Source of the DNA: Lama glama
Lineage: Eukaryota
Direction of reading: 5' to 3'
Assembly: GCA_028534125.1 (NCBI GenBank)
Contig: CM052818.1
Coordinates: forward strand, 6,202,001-6,266,000
Length of the DNA stretch: 64,000 nucleotides
The position numbers and the translations under genes were made by a program. A model generated the notes under the pieces. It made no database searches. It had not been told where the DNA came from and was given only the letters and a program-made list of their open reading frames with translations. Positions 1 through 12,439 of the stretch are shown one piece after another; position 1 is the first letter of the stretch; each line of letters opens with the position of its first letter.

Positions 1-29
1 ATGCTGCTGCCGCCTCCCGAGGTGGCTAG

Positions 30-292
30 TCTAATGGCTGAGGAGCACCCAGACTCCAGAGTGAACGTCCACAGTTCTAATTCTGGCCCTGCCTGCCATT
101 TACATGATTTGTAAAGGTCAATTATTTAATCTCTTTGTGCCTCAGTTTCCTTATCTGTAAAACAGTGATGATGATGATGATGACGATGGTGATTACCTAT
201 TAGAACTGTCATGGGGTTTAAATGAGCTAACATTCAGAATGGTAAGGTTAGAACAGTGTCTGGCAGGTAGTATGTGTGAGTTATTGCTGTTC
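30..292 (+). mobile_element. MIR SINE
   Basis: MIR core 'atttaatctctttgtgcctcagtttccttatctgtaaaa' and 3' part 'ttagaacagtgtctggcaggtagt'; internal (GAT)n. Confidence 0.85.
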
Positions 293-2049
293 TGATGATG
301 ATCTGGTAAAAGTCATTTCAACACCCCTGACTTCCCTTCCTTATGCAGAAAAAGAAAAGAAGCTAAACTAGTTACTTTCACCTTTAATATTCTATCATTC
401 TACCCATGTTATTTGCCACATGCCTTGGGGGAAACTGCATAACCCTGCAGGTGAGCATCCTGTAAACCAGGATACCTAGTGTCACTTGACACAAAATCAG
501 CCTCCTCCTGCCGTGGGGGCGCTGTCCCGACACAGCAGGCATTGTCTCCTGGACCACATTCCCAACTGGGGCTGAACTCCAGTCTCTGACAGACAAGGTT
601 CTAGGAGGTGGTATCACTCCCAAACTAGAACTCACCTTCAGTAAATCCAAATGCTACTGCACAGAACTCAATGCGAAATTTATTGGGTGTTTTCTTTTTC
701 CTTCAAATTTGGATTCAAGATGGGTCTTCAGCCAAATCAAGCAGGTAAAATGTCTTCAATGAACTTTCTTCGGTTCCCCACCTCAAGTCCATCCCATGCA
801 GAGCTGCATTAAACAGCAGGATGGGGTGAGTGGGAAGTTCTGCAGGAACCAATTCGTAAGGGGCACTGAAACATCACTAGGACACAGAATGTTACTAACA
901 TGCCAAGCTCTTGCTCCTAGAACAGAGGTGTGAACCAGGATCAGTGTGCTCTAACTGTCCCCTCCACGTGGTTTCACATTTACTCCTCACAGCAACTCCT
1001 TGATGATGAGACAGTCACTTCACAGAATCTCCAGGAGGCCTGGAGAAGGAGAAGGGGTGGCCACACGTCTAAAACAGCAGCCACGATCTCCCTGCAGTCC
1101 TACCCTCTGCGCCAGATCCCGCCCTGGGCTCTGGGTCCCACGGCACTACCGCCACCCTTGCTGCTCCTGGAAACTGCAGCCAGCTCTGCAGAGACCCCAC
1201 TTCTTCACCTCACTAGCCCCCAAGCCAAGTCCCTGTGGGTGTGTCTGGTGGGCAAATCAGGGTCACAGGTGCCAAGGGGTCTGAGAAAATACAGGGTGAG
1301 AGACAGTCTCTGACTCCTAACAAGACTGAGGACCCGAACTCCTCAACACGAAAGGGAAGCTCCAGCGCAGGTGGTGGCAAGGAAGGGCAAACCTGCAAAC
1401 TCGGGCTCAGAGAGAAGACTTCATCTTTGGGACTTCACTGCGGTCTTCAACTAAGACGACAGTGACAACTTATCCTGCCTGCTGGGACCATCTCACTTAC
1501 GCCTGCTATCCTGGCTCCACTATGAATAACATCTTTTTCATTCTTAGAAGTGTTGCAGTTTGGATAACAAATGATATTGTCACCCTCCCTGAGACTCACA
1601 CCCTGCTCTGAGACTCACACAAGACCTGCAGAGATTCGCATGCATGTACGTGCACATGTGTGCGCGGTCCCAAACTGCCGGGAACCGTGCTGCAGAGACC
1701 AGGCTCCGATAAAACGGACTCTACCTCCACTTTCAGGAACTGCTTCGGGCAATTTAAGACTCTAACTTAAGAATGATTCACAGGAACCACTTCCCCAATA
1801 ACAGAATTGCCTTGAAAGTTGGTATATGATTTGTAGCTTTGCAGTTGGAAAACCGGGAAGTGATCATTCCTGGAAAAGATTCTTTTTACTGTGTCTGTTA
1901 AGTGCCTTTCTCAGACTCCGTTATTTTATCTCACATCCCTCAGGACCCTGCCCTTTGCTGCCTTCCAAGTAGCAATAAAATTCACCTTTTTGCTTCAACT
2001 TTAAAATGCCAGCATATTTTCAGTATTCTAGCCCTTTGGGGATGAGTGG

Positions 2050-2208
2050 CTGGGGGAGGAACAAGAAAAGAAACAGAGAAATCCGAAAAAGGAAGGTTGA
2101 AGAATAAAGTAGAGAAAGGATGGAGAACAGACAGAGAAAACTAGAAGAGAGAAAGGAAGTAAAAAGGAGGAAGAAAATTAAATGAGAGGGAAGAAAGAAA
2201 AAGAGAAA
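2050..2208. repeat. GA-rich low-complexity polypurine tract
   Basis: Almost exclusively A/G on the + strand. Confidence 0.8.
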
Positions 2209-2999
2209 TTCATCTTATGAGATGCATTACTCAGATGCTTATTTCCCTTGTACTGTAACATCTGTTGGTAAAAGCTAGCAGTTCATCAAGCTTGGTGGTC
2301 TCAGCCTGATTCCAATGGGTTTCTCCAGCTAAACTCACTCCCAGTGTCTGAGCCAGCAAGCACTTCTGCCACACATCGCAGGACCACAGCATCCTCCGGG
2401 AAGGGCCAGGCTCCATGCAGCAGACTGCTGTAGAGTGGGTTGGTTGGATATCTGGGTTTATTCAAGCTAAGGCTCAAAATAAACCCTGAACACAGTCCCT
2501 CATGTTAATCCCAAGGGAAAACAACCCCAAATGTTATCCAACCCTGATTTCGAGTCCCAGCAAAAATAAACTTGAGAAACCCTTCCCAAGCTACAGATCA
2601 ACTTTACCCGGAAATATTAGCTTCTTGAGGAAAGCCTTCCTCGTCCTGAAAAATCCTTAGGTCGATTCCATTTAAGTCATCTGTCCTTCCCAGTGATGTT
2701 TTAAAACAGTGGTATCCAAATGCATATTCCTAAACCGATAGAGGAGAAATCACACCTCACAAATTAAGACAACGACACTTCTCAAAATAAAACATACCCT
2801 ACCATCCTGCTATGTTACCAAGTGGCAGAGCCAGCACCTTCTCTCCCTGTTTACGGGTAATTCAGACCCTCTGGCATGTTGTGATCCCTAAATATTGAAA
2901 GATTTTTAAAGCTTCTGTTTTAACTCACAACCTTATTCTGATTTGTACATGTCTACAAGGATGGAACAGGGGAAAATATCACTTCTTCTGAATGATCCA

Positions 3000-4975
3000 G
3001 CCTCACAATTAATAATTGAGAATCTCTTTCTCTTTCTCCCTTGCCTTTTTTCTCTCCGAACTAGAGTGCACTCTTCAGCTTGTTAAGCTCAGCGCACTCC
3101 CACTGATAATTCACTAGAGATCATAATTTATGGACAATTGAAGCTGCAGAAACATCTCTTAGAAGGAATAGAGCAGATCCATAGCAACAATTCTTCAGGG
3201 GAATATTAATCCCCGGCTTTATGTAGTGCTAAGTGTACAATAGTAATCAGAACTTGAGTAGAAGCTGCTAATCATTGAGGGAAAAGGCTGTATAAAGAAT
3301 TCATAATGGAATTAGCCTGCGGCAAACAAAGAAAGACAAAATTAAATCAGCCATCAAATTGCACCAAGGAATTTTAATTTACAGGTTAATGTAGGATTAT
3401 GTAACTAATCACAGCTAACATTTTCAATGAACAACCAATAAAATTCTGCTCTTTCTTCCCCCTCTCTAATCTTACTAATGGTATTCCAATAACTTGCTTT
3501 TATTACCTTATAATATGTTAGAAATGATTCTCAAAAATTCTAAAAGTCTTTCCAATTGTCAGTATCAGTGTAAAATGGTAGATTTGAAATAGTCAGTTAA
3601 AAGCGTGGTTCTAGGAAAATCTACTCCCCAGTTCAGTCCAGACCCAGTAATATCTGGGTAAGTCTGCATAAAATAGATTTACATAACCATATAGCTTTAA
3701 AGTATATGCATGTTTTTCATGCAGTGCAGGGAGCTAAAATGGGACAAAAGAGACTAAATTAAGTATGTGAAACTAATTTGGAGCACAAAGTGTATCAGCT
3801 AATTCTAAATAAAACCACTGCCGTAGATTTATATGTCAATATTGCAGACATATCCAATGACATACACACCAAGGACTGCTCTAACGGAGTTTTCATGGTT
3901 TATAAATGTGAACATCATAAAAAGAAATAAGGTTTCTAGGATAAAAAGTTGATTAGCATTTCCCACGGGAGGGGGGTAGAATCTTGTATCCTCCCCAGTT
4001 ATATTTTGATATCAAGCAATGCATGACAAAGATGGGAAAAAAAACCCTCTACACAATTTGAAAAATTATATGAAACCCACTGCTTCATAAATACAAATAT
4101 ATAAAAAAAAATAAAGACAGCGTAACTCTTTGCACATTGGCAAGGGGAAACTCCAAAATTATACTGTATGCTTAAAAAGACATCAGTTTAATCAAAAAGA
4201 TCTTTTTCCAACATATGGCAGAAGGGAAATTATTATAAATGGAGTAAAAAGTATGTTCATAAGCTTTACTTCATGAGGGAAGAATGCTGGGGAGAAAAGG
4301 CGACGGCATTCTTCTTGCATATGTTTTTCTTGTGGAGAACAATGTGGGAAAGTCTCATTTTCCTTTAATCTAAATGTTCATTTTATGGAAGCAGCAACAT
4401 TCAGCCCAGTTATTAGCAAAGGAGTTGTGTTGCTTTATAAAGTCTAATTTTAAGATGCTCACTTCCAAAAAAACATTATGGTGTCAACTGCACTACCCTT
4501 CAGCAATCCTGTAATAACTTTATTCAACCATTTCTAATTATAATTATATTTTCAATTCCTTTTAGCTATAGAAACTCTTTATCAATCAGAGCACAAGACA
4601 GAAAATTACTTTATTACAGCTACAGCTCGTTAGGCTGAGTGCTCTTAATGAAGCAGCCTCATAATCAGATGAAAATCATGCTGGAGAAAACTTGCATCAT
4701 TAGTCTGGGCCTTAATTACCAAGAAATATAGTCACTAACAATGATATTCCATTTCATGATATGGTGCATGCACCTTCTACACTAGTTGCAATTAATAATT
4801 CCACCGACTGCTACAGAACCGTCTCTATTTATTCATAACAATGGAGGGGGGGGAAATTCTAAATTTAATTGAGCGCTTCAGATTGAGCTCTTTCTCCCTC
4901 TCTGGCACGTTCAGATTAAAATGTCACAAGGCTAATATTCTATCTTACAATAATTCATCATTTTAATTACATATT
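3000..4975. promoter_or_regulatory. Repeat-free AT-rich block with dense TAAT/ATTA motifs; candidate conserved enhancer(s)
   Basis: No recognisable interspersed repeat over ~2 kb; many homeobox cores (e.g. caattaataattg at ~3006, gcaattaataatt at ~4788). Conservation is inferred, not measured. Confidence 0.4.
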
Positions 4976-7029
4976 TTATGTATGTGAAATGTCTTTTTCA
5001 GCTTTATAGTTGAGGCTGACATTTTTGGGGACGCATCTAGGAAAATGGGTGGCCTCTCATGAAGGTGGTTCCTACCACCCGGGACCACATCCAGGAAACC
5101 TGGGGGGGAAAATATCATTGCCCTCAGTCCGTCAACTCCAGCCATGTTGGGGAAAAGCTGCCAACAAGAACAGGGACATTCATTTAAATCAAAGTCCGAG
5201 TCTTCTGATAGGCTTGGGATGCGAGGCTGGCGATGTTCTGGGAGGAACAAGGCCCTGTGTCATGGGCCTCTTTGTTAAGCGTGATTGATCACAGACAGAA
5301 TCAGCAACTTTCCTTTGTGAAAGCCTCCTTTCTTCTGCCCTGTTTCCTTGCACCCTTTCCTGCCTTCCTCTCTCGCCAAGATCCTTGTTCCTGGCCTCTC
5401 AGAAACACCTTCAGCCAGGCGAGATCCCCTGACCCGCCTGCTGGGTTCTGCACCCTGCCGGATCCCTGCTGGCCCACCCGACTTCTCATCCTCTCTCCAG
5501 GCAGGCTTAACGCTGGACTCTGGGTGCTGATGCAACCCCTGCTCTTTTTCAAATGCAAATTAGGCGACTGGGTGAGGTCAAAGAGCACTTCGGGAAGGGC
5601 AGAGGGCAGTAGGGTTGGCACAGATAAATGACATCCCCATTTGACCTCCAAACCCAAGTGTGCCTAGAGCTGAACTTCCTGCCTGACATCCCCTTTCATG
5701 GGAATCGGTGCCCAACAGCTGATTTGATTAATCTGGCCTGTGCTTTCCCCAATCATCTGCCTTATGAGCACCAAGCAATTTGATAAATGTTATTGATAGA
5801 AGAAGAGAATGACTTGGAAAAATCCACAAGGCACAAGATGAAGAGTTGGCTATAATAAAAGACAAAGCTAATTTCTTTTAAGACCTTAGCATCTAGTTTC
5901 TATGTCATGAATGTAAAGATCCCAACTTAAAGATCCTCAGCGTCTCCCTAATTAATGTTGAGCAAGCAGGCACACAGTTCCTGAGGCAGAATCAGGAGAC
6001 AGACGTTCTTTCCACCCAAGTTCAGATCCGCAGTCAACAAATGACTGAATGAATTAAAATATGAAAAACCACTACCTGAAAAAAAAAAAAAGAGACCCAT
6101 TGACAATTAGCTTGAAGATGGTAAGGAACTGACTATATCATGGGTGAGTCTTTGTTCCTTCCGGCATGGCTAAGGTCTGCAGGGAAGCAGTGGCAAGCAG
6201 CATCGTATTTCACATGGACTGTATACGAAAAGTGGGCTCAAAGGAGGGATTTGGAAGATGAGAGCCAGGAGGACCAGGAAAGTCATGGAGCAGAGCAGGA
6301 AGACACGGCTGCCGGGAGAGGAGTGGTAGGTGGACCAGAGGAGGTGGATCTGGACCAAGATAAAAAGCGACAGGAAGCAGCAGGAAATGAAAGCTGTCCA
6401 GAAAGACAGCAGGAGAAGGAGGGCATTAATCAGAACCACACAGAGCACATTTCCATGAGAAAAATGTTTGGCATTTTGAACAGCCCAGTGGCTTGCAGAA
6501 CAGCTTGAGATGCACAAGGATCCCCAAAGACAACTGGTTTGCAAGGCCCAGCCTGATACCCTTAGAAGTAGCCTCTAGGCAGCCTTAGGGGAACCAAGTA
6601 AGAGTTAAAGGGAACTGGCTGCATTTCCATGTTCTCCCATCGATGCAACATCAGGAGAAGACCTCAGCATCATTGTTCTTGCCTTCAACTACTCCTTAAT
6701 GTTTCCTCCTAATAGCACTTCACTTACGTACGCAAGGCACTGCGGGTATTTCCATCTGACAGTGGCTGCCCTCAGGGACATGGGAGAGGCCCTGGTGGAC
6801 TCTAGACCTTCGTCAGGGGCTGCGTCCCACATTCTGATGTTCCCACTCTCCGTGCCTGGCAATGTTCACATCCATTTCCACAATAAGACAACAGCACAAC
6901 AGCTGTATGTGAGGAGACAGGGGACGCCTCTACTATGGAGGCACTCGAGGGGAGGCACTCGAGGAGAGGCACCCAGCCTAGCAGCCCAGTCACCCTGCAT
7001 CACTACAGTGGCCACAGCATGAGATCTTC

Positions 7030-7235
7030 CCGGGCTCTGCTGCATACTAGCTGGGGGATCTTAGGAGGGAGACTTAACTCCTCTGCACCTCAACTTTCAC
7101 ATCCCCAAATAATAGCTTCTACTTCATAGGGTTAGTACAAAGGAAGTCTGAGATGAGGCATGTAAAAGTGCTCCTAGCACCATCTGGCACCTAGTAAGTT
7201 TAATAAATGTTAGCTCTGATCAACATCGTCATTGT
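7030..7235 (+). mobile_element. MIR SINE
   Basis: 'cttaactcctctgcacctcaactttcacatc' and 'ctggcacctagtaagtttaataaatgttagct'. Confidence 0.8.
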
Positions 7236-7306
7236 CATCATTATCATCTTCACCACAGACAAGAGGCAGGCACGGCTTGCTCTGAAAGTAGTTCAAGGAT
7301 TTCAAA

Positions 7307-7450
7307 CAGTGGTTTTCAAACCTGGCTGTATGTGGAAATCACATTCCTTGAATTCCCGCACCCCAGACCAATTAAGTCAGAAGCTTCCAGGTGGTATTCT
7401 TTAAAGCTCTTTGCATGAGTCCAGTGTGCAACCAGGACTGCAACCCAGTG
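7307..7450. mobile_element. MER5-type hAT-Charlie DNA transposon (MITE)
   Basis: Terminus 'cagtggttttcaaacctggctg', internal 'ccccagaccaattaagtcagaa', matching end 'caacccagtg'. Confidence 0.75.
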
Positions 7451-8629
7451 ATAGGGAGTCTCAAGGCCTCTGTGTAATATTTAGAATATGATGTTGCCAG
7501 CTAAAAGGCCTGCATCTTGCAAAGTGGCAAAGCCCTCATCTCAGTCTTCCAGAGAGCAGTGGGAATCTTGCAGCTCCACTTTGAGATGTGATGGTTTGGA
7601 GTGTTTATGGCCCATGAAGGAACAACCACAGCCTTGGCTGAAGGAATGTGCCTGGTGGCTTTTCCAGCTGGCAGAGTGGTCCATTTCCAATATACAGAGT
7701 ATAATGCATGCGGCCAAGTGTTCCCACAAGACAGCCACCTGTGACTTGCAAACTCTTCTGTCTGGGGCCAGGACACACATGTGCCACAAGACCAAAGGGT
7801 GCCCGTGCACACCAGGGAAAGGACTGTCTTCCCCTGTGGTTCGGTAAGAGCAGCCCACGCAGAACCTGCCCAGAGACGTCATATTAAGGCCCCAGGGGAG
7901 GAAGTGACTGCCAACCAGATCCCTGAGAGTGAAGCCGAACCTGTCAGAATGTATGGAGTTAGACTCAGGCTAATCCGGAACGACTGTGACAAACCGAACT
8001 CAGCTATCTTGATGACTTTGGCAGCTATCTGACACTTGCATTTATGGAATCTGGGAAAACTAAAACTTTCAACTACTTAGACTCTTCAAACCTAAGTAAA
8101 CCTGCCAGATGCCCAAAAGACAATCCTCTATTTATTTATTTGCTTTTAGTATTTAAGACGCTTCCGCCACAGAAAGACCTCCAAGACCATGTATGAAATG
8201 ATAGAAAAACCACAATTAAAAAAAAAAGGAAATTAAGAACACTAAGCAGCATCTAAACTCATCATTCATTTCAACTGTTGTTTTTCTTCCGGCAGGAAGG
8301 GATTTCCTTAGACTGTGGTGGTTACTGGAAGCTTGCAAGGGGATCAGTTCATCCCAAAGAGTACAGGTTAGCACAGCCCTCCTATCCTTGCAGGGAGCCG
8401 GAAGGAGCAGAGGGTTCAATCTCCCTCCCAATTACAGACATCAAACCCCCTACTTTGCTGAACTCTGGCTGTTTTTTCACCCCACAAAAGGATCATGAGA
8501 GAGACACGGGCACTGCAAAGAAGTGAAAATAACCAACAGCGGGTGAGAAATACAAGAAGACTCACTTATAACCACGAGGTTTAGAATGGAACCTTAAAAC
8601 AGAAACGGCACACCAAAAGAACTTAAAAT

Positions 8630-8925
8630 CGAAACAAGAAGGAAAAACAGTGTATGATCCACTTATATGCAGCACCTAGAAGAGCCAAAATCAGAGAGAG
8701 AGAAAGCAGAACAGCAGTTATTAGGGACCGGAAGCAGAGGGAAATGGGAAACTATTATTCAGTGGGGACAGAGTTTGAGTAGGAGATGATGAAAAGTCCT
8801 AGAGATGGAGAGTGGTCATGGCTGCAGGACAATATAAATACATTTAATAGCACCAAACTCTACAAGTGAAAACGGTTAAAATGGTGATTTTATGTTATGT
8901 ATATTTTGCCACAATAAAAAAAAAT
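8630..8925 (+). mobile_element. L1MB-type LINE-1 3' end
   Basis: 'gatgatgaaaagtcctagagatgg...ggttaaaatggtgattttatgttatgtatattttgccacaataaaaaaaa' is a typical L1MB 3'UTR with polyA signal. Confidence 0.85.
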
Positions 8926-9079
8926 CAAACACAAAAGAACATTTATCTTGAGGTCATAATTATTTAACATTTCATGAGTTTTTCTTCAGTGATTTAAAAA
9001 AAAAGCAAAACCAAAAAAATAAAATAAAATAAAATAAAAATTAAGAAGCAGATCTGAAAAGGAAGATTTGAGGCATAAG

Positions 9080-9250
9080 AGACCGACTGAGTCAGGAGTC
9101 CTAGGTTGAAGACTTCTCTCTGGCCCTAATGAGCTAGGTGACCTTGGGCAAGTTACTGCACCTCCTGGGGCCTTGGTTTCCTGGTCATTAAAACCAGGGC
9201 ATTAAGGAGAATCACCAAGTTCATGCAACTCTGAAGACCACAATTCTACA
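9080..9250 (+). mobile_element. MIR/MIR3 SINE
   Basis: 'ggtgaccttgggcaagttactgcacctcctggggccttggtttcctg'. Confidence 0.75.
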
Positions 9251-9377
9251 TTTCCTTTACTTTGCCTCATTCTCCAACTCTACCTTGGTATTCACAGAAA
9301 TAAGTTTCATAGGAAAACCAGACCAATCACAATGGGCAGCATTCTCCTCCCTGCTAGTTATATAAAGAGAAGAGGGA

Positions 9378-9465
9378 ATAACACAACATTGTAAATCAAA
9401 TATACTTCAATAAAAATTTTTAAAAAGTTTTAAGCAGTAAAAGAAAAAAAAAAGAAAAAGGGAAG
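9378..9465 (+). mobile_element. Extremely 5'-truncated L1 (last ~40 nt plus A-rich tail) with TSD
   Basis: 'taacacaacattgtaaatcaaatatacttcaataaaaa' resembles a laurasiatherian/cetartiodactyl L1 terminus; TSD aaagagaagaggga (9364-9377) / aaagaaaagaggga (9466-9479). Confidence 0.75.
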
Positions 9466-10069
9466 AAAGAAAAGAGGGACAACTTGGGAATGATTAAATA
9501 AAAATAACTTTGTGGTCAAATTTATAGGTAAAGAACCCACAAAAATATGCAAACCCCAACAGTGAATACTGTTTCTGAATGTTTTACTCCTTTGTCAGGA
9601 AATGTTTTTGTCTGATGAAAGTGGTCTTTTCTCCATGATTGTAGATCATCTAGTTAGAAGCTGTTGGGTCCATGCCTGCCCTTGAATGAGGGGCTGAGCC
9701 TGCCCTTGAGACATGGGAGCCTGGTAGTGTTTCAAGTTCACCAGCAGCCAGGTCATCACCACAGTAGAACGTGAATCATCCCTCCATCACTGGGCTGTTT
9801 CTAAACTTTCACTCCTCCCTCTGCCCAGCAATCTTGGCAATCAGTGCCATGATTTCAAGGGACTGATATCCCAGCCAACCATTGCTAAGTATCTTTTCGT
9901 CCAGCTTTGTCCCTTCTTTCCACTCTGATACTAAACTTTCTGGAGAGCAGGAATCTTGCTATGCATCTTCTTGCTAAGCCCCATGGCATCAGGGGAAAGT
10001 AAGAGTTCACTTCAACCAGTCTCTTTCTAAGTGCCACAAACTATGCAATCTGCATTCCAGTCTTTAGGT

Positions 10070-10279
10070 CAGCAATTCTCAACAAGGGACAATTCGTCCT
10101 CTTCCCCACTCCAGGGACATTGTGGAAACATCTTTGATTGTCACAAGTGAGGACAGGGGAGCTACTGGCATCTAGCTGGCAGAGGGCTGGGGTGCTGCTA
10201 AGCATACGACAATGCCCCGGACAGCCCCCACAACAAGGAATTATCCCACCCAATAAATCAATAGTGCTGAGAAACCCTG
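10070..10279. mobile_element. MER20 hAT-Charlie DNA transposon
   Basis: TIR-like ends cagcaattctcaac / gctgagaaaccctg; internal 'gctactggcatctag...acagcccccacaacaaggaattatcc'. Confidence 0.9.
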
Positions 10280-10309
10280 CTCTACACCACTGAAAATTCC
10301 ACAGAAATT

Positions 10310-10440
10310 GTAACATAGGTTTTCTCATCCTCATTTTACAGATAAAGCTCAAACAAGGTAAGTAACTTCCCAAAGTCACCTAACAAGGAAATAGAAAGGC
10401 CAGGAATGGATCTCAAGTCTCTGGGTCCAAAGCGCCACTG
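10310..10440 (-). mobile_element. MIR SINE
   Basis: 'atcctcattttacagata...aagtaacttcccaaagtcac'. Confidence 0.8.
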
Positions 10441-11679
10441 CTTCTTCCTGAATAAATGAATGAATGAATGAATGAGCAAAGCACAAATAAAGTCAGCCTG
10501 GTGCCCTTTGCTGGGGAAGCTGCAGAAGGGCAGACTGCACTGCGACAGATGCGGGCTGACCTGAGACCACCTCTGGTATCACAGCTGATGCCCCAAGACA
10601 GATGCTCAGTTAAGACATACTCATGGCCTCTCCATCCCTGCTCATCGGCGCTGCCTGCCCCAGTGGAGCAGAGACAGTGAGGTCATCCAACAGGACCTCA
10701 CATCTTCGTGATGCTGCCCAGCTGCAAGGGCCTTCTGGGGAAAGCACAGCTACTACTCCCAGAGTGGCTCATGAGGAAGCTGAGAATCGGGGCTGCAGAG
10801 GTGCACACCCAGAAATGTTGGCCAAGACCGTCCTCCTGGGGAGGTGGTCCCTACCAGCTCAATGGACCCCTTAGGTCCTTTATTTCAGGAAATGGAGTTG
10901 GATGGGACAACAGTGATTGGGACTGGTCCCTGAGTTTCCCCTGTGGAAAGGCCACCTCTGTACCAGCTAACTGCATTCAGTTTCTTTGAAAATTAAGCCA
11001 TTCACTCAGCAGAACCGCACGTCAGACGGTGGTGGTGGTTTTAAATGATAACACCTCCCCAGTCCAGCGCCTGCCCTTCAAAAGCCTGCTTCACACTAAC
11101 TGAGGTTTCCACAGGTTGACGACAAGCGCCGGCTTTCAGGGTGAAGTGCGGTGGGGAAGGTCGGCTTCCAAAACCTGGTCACTGGAGCCCAGTGCCTCCT
11201 GGCCCCTCACATCCCCACCAGCCCCCTCAGAAACAAGGGCCCACTGTCTGAGGCACTGCAGACCAGGGAGCTGGATGGAGTAATTAAGGGCTGCTTCTGT
11301 CAACCATTTATGCTAAAAAGTCTTAAGAATATTTAACTCTCTCAGGCCCCATGCATTAATTAAATCCTTTTTACCTGCTGTCCCAGACTTTTCTGGAAGC
11401 AGAAGACTGCTGGGGGAGAAGAGAAGTCCTATAGGATGTCACACTACAAACATTAAAATCCATCCGCCAGGGGTTTGGGAAGTGACTTCGAGGTGCTGAG
11501 TGCCTCGCCCACTCACAAGGGCCACTCTCCCAGGGACCAGACCACAGAGAAAGAGATGGATGTGAGTCTAACGTTCCTGTGGTTCTAGGGTCATCCCCAA
11601 AGCACCCATGGCTGGGGGAGCTCTCCTCTTACTGTCAATCAGAAGAATCAAAATGTATTAAATAACACATGATGAGTTC

Positions 11680-12152
11680 TTTTTAACTATTAATTGAAAT
11701 TCAGACTTTATTTGGATTTTACTAGTTTTTCTATGAACGTCCTACTTCTGTTCCAAGATCTAATCCAGAGTAATTCTCTGCATTTAGTCAACTTAGTCTC
11801 GTCTCACCTATTTCAGTTTCTTCTCAGTCCTTCTAGGCTTTTCATGACCTTGACACTTTTGAGTACTGGTCTTTTGTAGAATGTCCCTCAATTTAGGTGT
11901 GTGTGATGCGTTTCTCATGATTAGACAGTGGTCATAGGTTTGGAAGAAGAATGTTGCAGAGGTGAAGCACCTTCTTATCATAAATTTTATAAATATACAG
12001 CCACACATCAGCAGAGATGTTCACCTTGATCACCTGGTTAAGGTGGTATCGACCAGGTTCCTCCACCGCAGACTATTTTTCCCCTTTCTGTATTCTATTT
12101 TCTTTTGAAGCAAGACATTAAGTCCACCCCACATTCAAGGGGGAATTAAGCA
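11680..12152 (-). mobile_element. L1MC-type LINE-1 3'UTR fragment
   Basis: 'ttcatgaccttgacacttttgagtactggtc...tgtagaatgtccctcaatttagg...caccttgatcacctggttaaggtggt' resembles L1MC4/5-like 3'UTR. Confidence 0.75.
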
Positions 12153-12221
12153 TTTTCATCACATTCTGCCTTAGGACAGACTTCTCAATAAGAAATAGAA
12201 ATCAATGTTAAAAAAAAAAGT

Positions 12222-12420
12222 ATAACCTGGAAGCCAGGACCTCGGGCTCTCGTCTCAGCTGTGTGACCTGGGATGCGTCACTGCTGCTTGCTCAGCCTCC
12301 CCTCTGTAAGACAGGCAGGGTGGCCCTGCCTTTGCCAGAGGGATGCTGAGGGATGGGAGGGGCAAGACACGGAAAAGGAGTTTCAGCTGCCATGCTGCAC
12401 CCCACGGTGTAGCACGGAAG
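12222..12420 (+). mobile_element. MIR fragment
   Basis: 'cagctgtgtgacctgggatgcgtcact...ctcagcctccctctgtaa'. Confidence 0.6.
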
Positions 12421-12439
12421 TTAAATCCTTGCCATCTTC

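Noticed and set aside
6140..6544. Overlapping 122-aa and 124-aa ORFs (acidic on +, hydrophobic on -)
   Set aside because: By-products of a purine-rich tract; no recognisable domain or supporting gene structure
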